Positions 48,242 through 58,536 of a stretch of DNA of 64,000 bases are shown here, piece after piece. The stretch is from positions 1,315-65,314 of the forward strand of contig CACODT010000005.1 in the NCBI GenBank assembly GCA_902626065.1, written 5' to 3'. Positions within the stretch are counted from its first letter, which is position 1. Each line of letters starts with the position of its first letter. The translations under genes were made by a program, and so were the position numbers. This stretch comes from an uncultured Candidatus Actinomarina sp. GTDB lineage: Bacteria > Actinomycetota > Acidimicrobiia > Actinomarinales > Actinomarinaceae. The notes beneath the pieces are model-generated. The model worked only from the letters and a program-made list of their open reading frames with translations, was not told where the DNA came from and made no database searches.

Positions 48242-50926
48242 ATGTCGAAACCATTAGTGATAGTTGAGTCGCCAACTAAAGTTAAAACCATTTCAAAAAT
48301 TCTTGGTGATAAATACATCGTTAAGTCAAGTGTTGGACATATTAGAGATCTACCAAGAAATACAAAATCAATACCCTCAACTTATAAAAAAGAAGACATT
48401 CTTTGGGGTGCAGTAAAACCAGAAAACTATGAAAACATATATGTAATCCCAGACGATAGAAAGAAAATCGTAAATGAACTTAAAAGTCTAGCCGACAATG
48501 CATCGGATGTATATCTTGCGACTGATGATGATCGAGAAGGAGAAGCAATAGCATATCATTTGAAAGAAGCACTGGAACTTAAAAAAGAGCCAAAGAGAAT
48601 TAAGTTCAATGAAATCACAGATACTGCAGTTTTAAATGCAATTAAAAACCCAGAAACTATTGATGTTGGCAAGTTTAAATCCTATGAGGCAAGAAGAACT
48701 CTCGACAGAATGATTGGTTATGAAATATCACCAAAACTAAGAGATCTGGGAGGAGCATTTATATCAACTGGTAGAGTACAGGGGCCAGCTATAAGACTTA
48801 TTGTTGAACGTGAAGAAGAGAGATTAAGTTTTATAAAATCAAAATATTTTGAAATTAATACAAAGTGTAAAAGCCAGGGTTTTGATTTTATTGCAAATCT
48901 AAAAACTATTAATCAAACCAAAATTGCCTCATCAAAAGACTTTGACAAAAATGGAAAACATACGAGTAAAGGAAAAAGATATCTTACTGAGGATGAGTCA
49001 AGAGATATTGTAAACATATTAAGGAATTCCATTGCAAAAATATCAAACATCAAAGAATCGCAAAGAAGTGGAAAACCCCCTAAGCCATTTAAAACAACGG
49101 GGCTTCAAACCTCAGCTAAAAATAACCTTGGATTTCAGCCTCGAAAAACTATGAGTGTTGCTCAAAGGTTATACCAAGAAGGCTTGATTACGTATATGAG
49201 AACAGATTCTATCAGATTATCCGACATTGCGATTAAAGCATCTAGGGACTTTATTTCATCCAACTTCAGTAGCGATCATCTTCCACCTAAGCCAAATTTT
49301 TATGGTGATAGTAAAAATGCTCAAGCAGCCCATGAAGCTATAAGACCATCCGGAGAAAAATTTATAACTCCTGGAGAGCTCTTGAAAAAATATAAAGAAG
49401 ATAGTGATGAATATAAACTTTATGAATTAATTTTTAATGTCACAATCGCCTCTCAAATGGCAGAAGCAAAGGGAATTACTAAAACAATTGATCTTGAAGT
49501 TACAGATAATATATTTGGTTCTATTGTTCTTGGTATTTCTGGTACTACTTGGACGTTTGGTGGATATAGGGATTTAGCAAGAAATCTGACAGAACAGTCA
49601 CAAGAACTTCCTAACTTAAAAAAAGGGGATAAAGTAGAAATAATTCAATCTGATTACGAAAAAAAATATACAAATCCTCCAAATAGATACTCTTCTACTT
49701 CTCTCATAAATAAACTTGAAGAACTTGGTATTGGTAGGCCTTCAACCTATGTATCAATAATTGAAAGTATTACATCTGTATTTATTAATTCAGAATCAAG
49801 TTTAAAGCCAAGAATAATTGCTTTAGCTATGATTAATAATTTTATGAAACCATATTTTGACTCATATATTAATTACAAATTTTCGAAAGAAATGGAAGAT
49901 AAATTGGATGAAATATTAGAAAGCAATTCCCCTGAAGATGCAAAAGTTAAATTTCTAAATGAAGCTTATAAAAAAATAAAGAATCATGTCGCTAAATATG
50001 GAGATCCTGACCCGATAAACCTGACATCTTATCCTCTTCCATTTAATACAAGATATGTAGTAAAAACTGGTCGTGTCCAAGATAAGATTGCTTATCCATA
50101 CCTTCAAAGGGATGATAATTTTTACATAGGACTACCACCAGATATTACTATTGAAGAATTAAGTGAGACATATATATATGAAAATGAGAAATTACAAGAA
50201 GCAAATCTGTTAAAAGAAAGAAAAGTCTGTGAGTGTAAAGAATGTGAAACTCCAATTTTTATTAAACTTGGTCCAAGCGGAGGGTACTACTTCCAGCATG
50301 GATTAAAAGAAAAGGGTGTAAGGCAGCCAAAATGTCCCTATAGAAATATGATTGGTCCTATTTTTGAAGATGAAGATCCAGATACCCTTAATTCTGAGGA
50401 CGCAATAAAGCGATTTAATCTATCAACAAAAAATCCTCGTTTTGTATTTGAATACGAGGGTTGGAGCTATATGACAGCAGTTGGTCCCTATGGTGGATTT
50501 GCAATAAAACAAAAAGCCAGAGAGGTTTTTAATTTTGAAGAATTGGCTCAGATGAAAAAAAATGACATTATTGAATTGATCAATTCAGAGAAGTATCAAA
50601 AGATTTTAAATATGATCAATAATAATCCAACTAAAATTCCTAAAAGTCTTACTAAAGAATTACTAATTCAAAAAATTAGAGAATCATTTTTAATTGATGA
50701 AAAAATTATAAAAAAACTTTCAAAAAATGAATTAGTAGATTTGGCTAAACTTTTAGAAATTGTATTCTATCGAGGTAGGTTTCGTATGAAAGTTGAGGAT
50801 GCAACAAAAAATAATTTAGTTAGCAAAATAACTATAGAAAAGAAGAATAAACCTCTTGAAACACCTCAGAAAGCTTTAACAATACAAAGTGATGAAATTT
50901 TAGAATTATTTAGTACTTCAAAATAA
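48242..50926 (+). CDS. topA: DNA topoisomerase I
   Basis: 894 aa. Toprim VIVESPTK and DDDREGE, catalytic Tyr context LITYMRTDS, and a long basic C-terminal region. Confidence 0.95.
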   Translation: MSKPLVIVESPTKVKTISKILGDKYIVKSSVGHIRDLPRNTKSIPSTYKKEDILWGAVKPENYENIYVIPDDRKKIVNELKSLADNASDVYLATDDDREGEAIAYHLKEALELKKEPKRIKFNEITDTAVLNAIKNPETIDVGKFKSYEARRTLDRMIGYEISPKLRDLGGAFISTGRVQGPAIRLIVEREEERLSFIKSKYFEINTKCKSQGFDFIANLKTINQTKIASSKDFDKNGKHTSKGKRYLTEDESRDIVNILRNSIAKISNIKESQRSGKPPKPFKTTGLQTSAKNNLGFQPRKTMSVAQRLYQEGLITYMRTDSIRLSDIAIKASRDFISSNFSSDHLPPKPNFYGDSKNAQAAHEAIRPSGEKFITPGELLKKYKEDSDEYKLYELIFNVTIASQMAEAKGITKTIDLEVTDNIFGSIVLGISGTTWTFGGYRDLARNLTEQSQELPNLKKGDKVEIIQSDYEKKYTNPPNRYSSTSLINKLEELGIGRPSTYVSIIESITSVFINSESSLKPRIIALAMINNFMKPYFDSYINYKFSKEMEDKLDEILESNSPEDAKVKFLNEAYKKIKNHVAKYGDPDPINLTSYPLPFNTRYVVKTGRVQDKIAYPYLQRDDNFYIGLPPDITIEELSETYIYENEKLQEANLLKERKVCECKECETPIFIKLGPSGGYYFQHGLKEKGVRQPKCPYRNMIGPIFEDEDPDTLNSEDAIKRFNLSTKNPRFVFEYEGWSYMTAVGPYGGFAIKQKAREVFNFEELAQMKKNDIIELINSEKYQKILNMINNNPTKIPKSLTKELLIQKIRESFLIDEKIIKKLSKNELVDLAKLLEIVFYRGRFRMKVEDATKNNLVSKITIEKKNKPLETPQKALTIQSDEILELFSTSK

Positions 50927-50927
50927 T

Positions 50928-52007
50928 CTAATAAGAAGCACTAATGTTTGATTCAATATTTTGTATTAACTTTTCTCTACTGTAAAACTCTTTTACAAAA
51001 TGTTTACCATCCAATCCAAATTCTTGAATTTTTTCAGGATTCTGAATAAAGTATACAATTGATTCTTTGAGGATATTTTTATCGCCCGCAACAAAACCGG
51101 TTTTACCAGGGATAATTGTTTCTATTGCTCCCCCTGAAGATCCAACAATTACTGGTATTCCGTAGCTTGCAGCTTCCAAATATACTAAACCTAATCCTTC
51201 ATATTCAATACCGAAATATTTAGACTTTGAAGGCATAGCAAATAAATCAATGGATTTATAAAATTGGTCAAGATCTTTATCATTTTCTTCTTTAATGAAA
51301 GATACATTAGCTGCAGAAACGGAAGAAAGTTTTTTTAGATAACTTTCCTGTTTTCCATAGCCTAGTATCTTTAATTCGATCTGAAAACCTTCTTCTCTTA
51401 AATCGTGGGTAACATCGATTAACCAACTAATTTTTTTTCTTGAAACTAACCTACTTACAACTCCAATTGTTAAAAATTCATTTCTATCATAATTATTGTC
51501 GTAATTTGGGAGTTCAATGCCTGCACCAATGTTAACTACATCAGTGCTTGTAATATTATTTAGTTTTTTTCTTGAAAATTCACTCACAGTAAATATTTTG
51601 TTTAAACTATCGAGATTTCTTTTTAAAGCATTTCTAATAATTGGAATATAATTTAAAACATTAAATTCTGCACCATGGCATATCATGTATTGAGGTATTT
51701 TTATATTCTTCGGCGAATCAGGAATATTAAGTGTGTTTAATTTATTTATGAATAAAAAGTTTGGATTGCTTGATCCATGCAAAATTATATCAATGTGATT
51801 TTTTTCTACAATGCTTTGTATGTCTTTAAAAACTTTTCGTGAGTTAAACAAAAAATTAACATCTGCATTAAATGTGTTTTCACCTTCAACCCAATTTGGT
51901 CCATAAACAATAAATTTATGGTCTAAATTTTTAACAATATTTTCAAGATATGTTGAGATCCCACCTTTTTTTGGCATCCAGTCATTGGTAATTAATAATA
52001 TATTCAT
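50928..52007 (-). CDS. Glycosyltransferase family 4 (GT-B fold)
   Basis: 359 aa. C-terminal EX7E-type region (EGLGLVYLEAASYGIPVIVGSSGGAIETI). Acceptor unknown. Confidence 0.75.
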   Translation of the reverse strand: MNILLITNDWMPKKGGISTYLENIVKNLDHKFIVYGPNWVEGENTFNADVNFLFNSRKVFKDIQSIVEKNHIDIILHGSSNPNFLFINKLNTLNIPDSPKNIKIPQYMICHGAEFNVLNYIPIIRNALKRNLDSLNKIFTVSEFSRKKLNNITSTDVVNIGAGIELPNYDNNYDRNEFLTIGVVSRLVSRKKISWLIDVTHDLREEGFQIELKILGYGKQESYLKKLSSVSAANVSFIKEENDKDLDQFYKSIDLFAMPSKSKYFGIEYEGLGLVYLEAASYGIPVIVGSSGGAIETIIPGKTGFVAGDKNILKESIVYFIQNPEKIQEFGLDGKHFVKEFYSREKLIQNIESNISASY

Positions 52008-52034
52008 TGATCAAAAAATTTTTTAAATAGTTTA

Positions 52035-54083
52035 TCAAAAAGCCGATGCAAATATGAGACTTACAATTGTCATCACTTTAATTACAATATTCATTGCAGG
52101 ACCAGATGTATCTTTAAATGGATCGCCAATTGTATCCCCGATAACAGCAGCTTTATGTTCTTCGGAGCCTTTTCCGGCACCCCCGCCAGCTTCAATATAT
52201 TTTTTAGCATTATCCCAAGCTCCTCCAGAATTAGCCATAAATATCGCAAGAAGAAATCCTGTTACTAGGGCTCCTGCTAAAAAGCCTCCTAATGCTTCTT
52301 TGTTCCAAAATCCAATTACTAATGGTAGCAAAATAGCTAAACCACCTGGTAACAACATTTCTCTAAGCGCTGCGGTTGTAGCTATATCAACACACTCTTC
52401 ATATTCGGGAGTTACTCCCTCTTTTCCTTCTCGTAAACCAGGAATTTCTCTGAATTGTCTTCTGACTTCTTCAATCATTTTAAATGCAGCTCTTCCAACA
52501 GCATTAATTGTCATTGCAGCAAATAAAAATGGAAACATGCCTCCCAAAAATAATCCAAGAGTAACCTCAACTTTTGTTATGTTTAATCCACTTTCTGCCA
52601 ATCCAGCACTTTGAACAAATGCAGAAAAAAGAGCAAGAGCCGTTACAGCAGCAGAGCCAATTGCAAATCCCTTAGCGATTGCTGCTGTTGTGTTTCCAAG
52701 TGAATCAAGTTCGTCAGTTGCCTTTCTTACTTCAGGATCTAAATGTGCCATTTCAGCGATGCCTCCCGCGTTATCTGCAATTGGTCCATAAGCATCTACT
52801 GCAACCGTAATACCTAGTGTCGCTAAAACACCTATAGCTGCAACAGCAACCCCGTAGATTCCTCCTCCAGCACCAAGAGCCCAATCACCTGCTGTAAATG
52901 CACCAAAAACACCAAGTACAACTACAACTACCGAGAAGGCTGCGGAGCGCATACCTTCAGATATACCAGATAAAACCACTGTAGCTGGTCCTGTTTTTGC
53001 TTGGTCAGCAATCCCTTTGACTATTGAATAATGATCGGAAGTAAACCATTCAGAAATTTGACCTACAATAATTCCTACCAATAACCCGATTATTACTGAA
53101 ATAAAAAGTCCAATTGGATTGTCAGAATAATCTTGAAACATTGTATTTGATAAAAAGAAAACACCAATCGCTGTCAGGCCTGCTGCAGAGTAAGTTCCTC
53201 TATGCAATGCTTGTGCTAATTTACCTTCTTTGGGAACAACTAAAAAAGAAGAAACTATGGAAGCTAACATACCAATTGTCCCAACTGCTAATGGAAAGAA
53301 GAGAAGGGAAGGCAGAACATCTGTGTTTATAAATACAATTGCTGCGTATGCTAATGGAGCTACGAGTGAGCCAACATAGCTTTCAAATAAATCTGCTCCC
53401 ATTCCAGCTACATCACCAACGTTGTCTCCAACGTTATCTGCAATCGTAGCAGGATTTCTTGGATCATCTTCGGGTATTCCAGCCTCAACTTTTCCTACCA
53501 AATCAGCCCCTACATCGGCAGCTTTTGTATATATACCGCCTCCAACACGGGCAAACAAAGCTATAGATGACCCACCTAAACCTATCGCAGCTAAAATGTC
53601 GTAAGCATTATCAAGTTTTAAAATGTCAACAAATATCCAATATCCAACAGCTACACCTAAAAGGCCCAATCCTGCAACAGAAAATCCCATAACTGCTCCA
53701 CCTCTAAATGCAACAGGCAAAGCCTTAAGGGTACCTCCATCCCTGGCAGCTTCCGTCGTTCTACCATTCGCTGCGGTAGCAATTCTCATTCCGATAAAGC
53801 CAGCTAATGAAGAGAATAATGCACCACCAACAAATGCAATTGAACCCCATGGATAACCCCATTCAGTAAGAGTAGAAATTAAAATTGCTAAAACTACAAC
53901 AAATATGCTTACCCAAGAATATTGTCTTTTTAGAAAAGCCATTGATCCTTTTCGAATTGCATCTGATAATCCACTTACTTTCTCATCAGTTACTTCAATT
54001 GATAAAATTCTATTGGCAAAATATGCAGCTAAAATTAGGCCTAAAATTGCTGCGATAATTGATCCTTGATAATTTAAAAACAT
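52035..54083 (-). CDS. hppA: Membrane-integral pyrophosphatase, K+-dependent subfamily (Na+ or H+ translocating)
   Basis: 682 aa. ADNVGDNVGD, DTIGDPFKDTSGP and GNTTAAIAKGFAIGSA motifs. Ala rather than Lys in GNTTAA marks the K+-dependent clade. Confidence 0.9.
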   Translation of the reverse strand: MFLNYQGSIIAAILGLILAAYFANRILSIEVTDEKVSGLSDAIRKGSMAFLKRQYSWVSIFVVVLAILISTLTEWGYPWGSIAFVGGALFSSLAGFIGMRIATAANGRTTEAARDGGTLKALPVAFRGGAVMGFSVAGLGLLGVAVGYWIFVDILKLDNAYDILAAIGLGGSSIALFARVGGGIYTKAADVGADLVGKVEAGIPEDDPRNPATIADNVGDNVGDVAGMGADLFESYVGSLVAPLAYAAIVFINTDVLPSLLFFPLAVGTIGMLASIVSSFLVVPKEGKLAQALHRGTYSAAGLTAIGVFFLSNTMFQDYSDNPIGLFISVIIGLLVGIIVGQISEWFTSDHYSIVKGIADQAKTGPATVVLSGISEGMRSAAFSVVVVVLGVFGAFTAGDWALGAGGGIYGVAVAAIGVLATLGITVAVDAYGPIADNAGGIAEMAHLDPEVRKATDELDSLGNTTAAIAKGFAIGSAAVTALALFSAFVQSAGLAESGLNITKVEVTLGLFLGGMFPFLFAAMTINAVGRAAFKMIEEVRRQFREIPGLREGKEGVTPEYEECVDIATTAALREMLLPGGLAILLPLVIGFWNKEALGGFLAGALVTGFLLAIFMANSGGAWDNAKKYIEAGGGAGKGSEEHKAAVIGDTIGDPFKDTSGPAMNIVIKVMTIVSLIFASAF

Positions 54084-54139
54084 TAATTCTCCTAATAAGT
54101 GGATAAATACATATTAATTATATTAATTTTTTTTGCTGG

Positions 54140-55366
54140 TTATTCTACTACCGGAGTTTCAAATCTTTCATCATCGTCTCTTTCAGAAAGTGGAACTTTT
54201 TGCAAAATTCTATTCAATAAAATAGGCGCTATTACGGTTGTCACAATAACCATCCAAATAATTATTGAGATGATGTCTTCAGTAATAATTGATGACAATG
54301 TTGTAGTTGCTACAGCAACAAAAATAAGTCCTACCTCACCTCTTGGAGACATGCCAATTCCAATTAAAGATGTATTAAAGCCTTTACCCATCGCACCCAA
54401 TGCAGAAACATATTTACCAACGAATGCAAGCAAGCTTACTAACATTCCATACAAAAATACGTCCAATGAAGCTAACGTCTGGATGTTTACTTCCGAACCA
54501 ATATATACAAAAAATATTGGTACCAATAAAAAATTTAATGGCTTCATTTCTTTTCTTATTCGTTTTGTCATCTTTGATTCAGCTGCAATTACCCCACCAG
54601 CAAACGCACCTACAATTGGATGTAAGCCTACAAAATGTGCCGCAGCACCAAGTAGCATTGCAAATATAAAGCTTCCAGTTATGAAGGTCCCTGGAGAAGG
54701 AATTTTCACAAAAAAATTGAAAACAATAGGTGATAGTTTTCTTCCAAGTATCACAACAACTACCAAGAACCCTATAGCTTTTCCACTTATAATTGCTAAA
54801 TCGATCAGAGCAAATTCTCCTGAACTAGTAAGTAAACCAGCAACAACAGTCAATATTAAAAGTCCTAATATGTCATCAACTACTGCTGCCCCAATTATTG
54901 TTTTTGCTTCTTTGGATTTCAATGCGCCTAAATCTCCAAATACCCTTGCAGTGATTCCTACTGACGTTGCAGTCATGGCAGCTCCAACAAAAAGTGCAAT
55001 TTCAAACTGATTTGATCCACCTAGCCCTAATGCATATATCGACCCAAACCCTAAAGCAAATGGAGCTACGACACCAATTAATGCAACAAGGATAGAAGTA
55101 GATCCAAGTTCAACAAACTCTTCAAGGTTTGTTTCTAGTCCTACTTCAAATAAAAGAAGAACAACACCAATTTCAGCTAATGTTGAAACTACATCGCCTT
55201 TTTCAAAATGTGGTAAAAGTCCTAAACCATAGTATCCAATTATTATTCCGGCTACTAGCTCGCCAATAACTGCTGGTTGGTTTATTCTTCTCATTAATTC
55301 AGCACCTATTTTTGCCGCAACTAAAATAATCGCTATTTCTAAGAATTTTTCAATAATTGTTTCCAT
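54140..55366 (-). CDS. Cation:proton antiporter (CPA2/Kef-NapA type)
   Basis: Polytopic protein with N-terminus METIIEKFLEIAIILVAAKIGAELMRRINQPAVIGELVAGIIIG, typical of the Na_H_Exchanger family. The ORF-track start at 55501 adds 45 implausible residues and would overlap leuC, so I prefer ATG at 55366. Confidence 0.75.
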   Translation of the reverse strand: METIIEKFLEIAIILVAAKIGAELMRRINQPAVIGELVAGIIIGYYGLGLLPHFEKGDVVSTLAEIGVVLLLFEVGLETNLEEFVELGSTSILVALIGVVAPFALGFGSIYALGLGGSNQFEIALFVGAAMTATSVGITARVFGDLGALKSKEAKTIIGAAVVDDILGLLILTVVAGLLTSSGEFALIDLAIISGKAIGFLVVVVILGRKLSPIVFNFFVKIPSPGTFITGSFIFAMLLGAAAHFVGLHPIVGAFAGGVIAAESKMTKRIRKEMKPLNFLLVPIFFVYIGSEVNIQTLASLDVFLYGMLVSLLAFVGKYVSALGAMGKGFNTSLIGIGMSPRGEVGLIFVAVATTTLSSIITEDIISIIIWMVIVTTVIAPILLNRILQKVPLSERDDDERFETPVVE

Positions 55367-55459
55367 GATGGTCCATTTTATATAGACAAAGATTAAATGA
55401 TAATGTTTAAAAACAACTCTATTAATTAATGAAAAAAAATAATATAATTTGTATTTAAT

Positions 55460-56857
55460 ATGGGAAAAACACTTTTTCAAAAAATTTGGGACAATCATCA
55501 TATTGTATCTATTGATGAGAGTACAAATTTGTTGTTTATAGATTTACATCTAGTACACGAGGTAACTTCCCCACAAGCTTTCGATAGTCTTAGATTGTCA
55601 AACAGAAAAGTAAAATATCCTGAACTCACATTAGCAACAATTGATCACGGGGTGCCTACCTCAAACAGACTTCTTGGAATAAAAGATCCTTTATCTAAAA
55701 TTCAGATTGAAGCACTTGAAAGTAATTGTAAAGATTTCGGTGTAACTTTATATGGAATAAATGATCCACGTCAAGGTATAGTTCATGTAATTGGGCCTGA
55801 GCAAGGTATTACCCAACCTGGGATGACAATCGTGTGTGGAGATAGCCACACTGCAACACATGGAGCTTTTGGTGCTTTAGCCTTTGGTATTGGTACTTCA
55901 GAAGTAGAACATGTGCTTGCAACTCAAACTCTAGCAATGGAAAAACCTAAAACAATGAAAGTTGAAATACTAGGTGATATTTCAGATGGAGTAGGACCAA
56001 AAGATATAATTTTAGGAATTATAAAAAAAATTGGTACCGGTGGTGGTGCAGGACATGTTATTGAATACGTTGGAGATGTTATTAAAAATATGAGTATGGA
56101 AAACAGAATGACTATTTGTAACATGTCAATCGAAGGTGGCGCACGAGCAGGAATGATTGCACCAGATGAGACAACATTTAACTATCTGAAAAATAAAAAT
56201 TACGCACCAAAAGATGCTGACTGGAATGACGCAATTTCAGAATGGAGCAATCTCTATTCTGATAAAGATGCAAAGTTTGATAAAGTTGTAACAATTAATG
56301 CACGAGAAATTGAGCCCTCTGTATCATGGGGTACAAATCCGTCACAAGTAATTTCTGTAAATGATACGATTCCTTTTCCTGAAGAATTTAAAGACGAATC
56401 TGATAAAGAAGCTGCTACAAGAGCATTGGAATACATGGACTTGCAACCTGGGGAAAAAATCAATGAAATTAATTTAGACAGAGTGTTCATAGGTAGTTGT
56501 ACTAATGGTCGTATCGAAGATTTAAGGGAAGCTGCTCAAATCGTTAAAGGGAAAAAAGTTGCAAAATCAGTTGGAGCAATGGTAGTGCCTGGATCTACCC
56601 TGGTTAAAAATCAAGCTGAAGAAGAGGGGTTAGATAAAATATTTATTGAAGCAGGTTTTGATTGGAGAGAAGCGGGGTGTTCAATGTGTCTTGGGATGAA
56701 TCCTGATATATTGAATCCTGGTGAAAGATGCGCTTCTACATCTAATAGAAATTATGAAGGAAGACAAGGTGCTGGTGGTAGAACGCATTTAGTTAGTCCT
56801 AAAATGGCTGCTGCTGCTGCATTACATGGAAAATTTGTAGATATAAGGAATTTATAA
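55460..56857 (+). CDS. leuC: 3-isopropylmalate dehydratase large subunit
   Basis: 465 aa. Aconitase-family motifs [12 protein letters not shown] and [11 protein letters not shown]. Followed by leuD. Confidence 0.95.
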   Translation: MGKTLFQKIWDNHHIVSIDESTNLLFIDLHLVHEVTSPQAFDSLRLSNRKVKYPELTLATIDHGVPTSNRLLGIKDPLSKIQIEALESNCKDFGVTLYGINDPRQGIVHVIGPEQGITQPGMTIVCGDSHTATHGAFGALAFGIGTSEVEHVLATQTLAMEKPKTMKVEILGDISDGVGPKDIILGIIKKIGTGGGAGHVIEYVGDVIKNMSMENRMTICNMSIEGGARAGMIAPDETTFNYLKNKNYAPKDADWNDAISEWSNLYSDKDAKFDKVVTINAREIEPSVSWGTNPSQVISVNDTIPFPEEFKDESDKEAATRALEYMDLQPGEKINEINLDRVFIGSCTNGRIEDLREAAQIVKGKKVAKSVGAMVVPGSTLVKNQAEEEGLDKIFIEAGFDWREAGCSMCLGMNPDILNPGERCASTSNRNYEGRQGAGGRTHLVSPKMAAAAALHGKFVDIRNL

Positions 56858-56858
56858 T

Positions 56859-57446
56859 ATGAAAAAACTGAATTCAATAACCTCAACTATGCTCCCATTA
56901 AATATGTCAAATGTTGATACAGATCAAATAATGCCAAAGCAATTTCTTAAGCGTGTTGAAAGATCAGGATATGGGGAGTATTTATTCTTCGATTGGAAAA
57001 AAGATCCAAATTTTCCTCTTAATAAAAAAGAGTATCAAAGTTCTAGAGTTTTGGTTGCTGGAGATAATTTTGGTACTGGGTCTTCACGCGAACATGCCCC
57101 GTGGGGGCTTCAAGATTGGGGATTTGATGCAATTATTTGTACAAAATTTGCTGATATATTTAAATTAAATTCTATAAACATCGGTCTTTTACCAATTGAA
57201 ACCAGCCAAGAAAACGTTGAGGCATTTTTTGAAAAAATTGAAAATGATCCAAATACAGTAATAAATATTTCTATTGAAAAAAAGACTGTTGTTTGCGAAG
57301 AAATTGAGTTTACATTTTCATTAGATGATTTTTCTCAAAAGAGAATCTTGGAAGGTTTAGATAAAATTGATATTTCACTTAATTATGTTGATGATATTGA
57401 AAAATTTCATAGATCGAGGAAGAGCTGGAAACCTAAACTAATTTAG
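56859..57446 (+). CDS. leuD: 3-isopropylmalate dehydratase small subunit
   Basis: 195 aa with GDNFGTGSSREHAPW motif. Confidence 0.93.
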   Translation: MKKLNSITSTMLPLNMSNVDTDQIMPKQFLKRVERSGYGEYLFFDWKKDPNFPLNKKEYQSSRVLVAGDNFGTGSSREHAPWGLQDWGFDAIICTKFADIFKLNSINIGLLPIETSQENVEAFFEKIENDPNTVINISIEKKTVVCEEIEFTFSLDDFSQKRILEGLDKIDISLNYVDDIEKFHRSRKSWKPKLI

Positions 57447-58536
57447 TTACTGGGAGACTCAAACTATCGCCAACTTCAGAAGATAACAGCATCCCATTAT
57501 GAATTTGTAAAGACGGAGACAAATTTACATCATTTTTATATTTTTCAAACCAATCATCTACAAGCAAATAATCAACATATTTTTGTAAGGCAGTTGATAA
57601 TTCTATTGAAGATGTTTTAGGGACTGCTCCGGGTAAATTTGCAATTGCTGAAACTATTACTCCATCTCTAATGACAAATGGATCACTATGAGTATTAGGT
57701 TTTACATTTTCGACACATCCACCTTGATCAATTGCAACATCGATAACTACAGTTCCTTGTTCCATTTTATTTATATCTTCCTCTGAAATTACAATTGGAG
57801 GTTTCCTGCCTGGTAATAGTACAGCTCCTACAACCAAATCTGCATTTCGAATTGCATTAGTTGCTTCAGGGGTTTCTCCAATAACTGTCGTGATGTCGTC
57901 TCCGTACTTATTTTTAAGTTCATCTAAGATCTGTTCATTTAAATCTACTGCGGTTACTAAAGCTCCAACTTTAATTGATTTATGTATTGCAGCTCTTCCT
58001 ACCTCACCACACCCAATGACTGTTACCCTTGATTTTCTATCCCCTGATATTGATGAAAGCAATAAACCTTTACCATTTGAAGAATATTCCAAAAACTGCA
58101 TTCCTTTTTGAATTGCCAAGTTTCCAGCTATTTTTGACATAGGTATCAGAAGTGGATATTCCTCACCGTCCATGATCATCTCAGTTGCTATTCCCGTTAA
58201 TTTCTTCTCCAGTAATTTTTTAGTCATTGAAAGATTGGACGCAAGATGCAAATATCCAAATAATACATGTGATGAATGTAGTAGATCGAATTCTTGATCT
58301 TGTGGTTCTTTTACCTTGCAAATTATCTCAGAAGTCTTATAAAGTTCTTCTGCTGAATCCAATATCTTTGCACCTGCAGATAAATAATCTTCATCGGAGA
58401 ATCCCGAGCCTAATCCCGCTTGTGATTCTACAAATATATCGGCAATACCAGTGAATTGTGTTATATGTTCTGGAATTAAAGCTACCCTGCCTTCGTCTTT
58501 TTTAACTTCTTTTGGTATTCCAATTTTTTTAATCAT
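57433..58536 (-). CDS. ald: Alanine dehydrogenase
   Basis: 367 aa. N-terminus IGIPKEVKKDEGRVALIP, NAD fold VTVIGCGEVGRAA and IDVAIDQGGC motif. Confidence 0.9.
   Translation of the reverse strand: MIKKIGIPKEVKKDEGRVALIPEHITQFTGIADIFVESQAGLGSGFSDEDYLSAGAKILDSAEELYKTSEIICKVKEPQDQEFDLLHSSHVLFGYLHLASNLSMTKKLLEKKLTGIATEMIMDGEEYPLLIPMSKIAGNLAIQKGMQFLEYSSNGKGLLLSSISGDRKSRVTVIGCGEVGRAAIHKSIKVGALVTAVDLNEQILDELKNKYGDDITTVIGETPEATNAIRNADLVVGAVLLPGRKPPIVISEEDINKMEQGTVVIDVAIDQGGCVENVKPNTHSDPFVIRDGVIVSAIANLPGAVPKTSSIELSTALQKYVDYLLVDDWFEKYKNDVNLSPSLQIHNGMLLSSEVGDSLSLPVTKLV

Noticed and set aside
54099-55010. 303-aa plus-strand ORF, and similar long ORFs at 52054..52614, 53422..53856, 23991..24512, 47549..48040, 33905..34357, 28085..28678, 12714..13022 and 19071..19481
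   Set aside because: Each lies entirely antisense to a gene with strong family motifs (CPA2 antiporter, hppA, ABC permease, MFS, coaX, BMP SBP, Liv SBP, cysS/rlmB). Their translations are low-complexity (Ser/Pro/Ile/Ala-rich) with no motifs. They are shadow ORFs created by codon bias or by local GC enrichment.
55397-55429. Candidate leader peptide (MIMFKNNSIN) upstream of leuC
   Set aside because: It has no leucine codon run and no downstream terminator/antiterminator hairpins, so it is not a leu attenuator.
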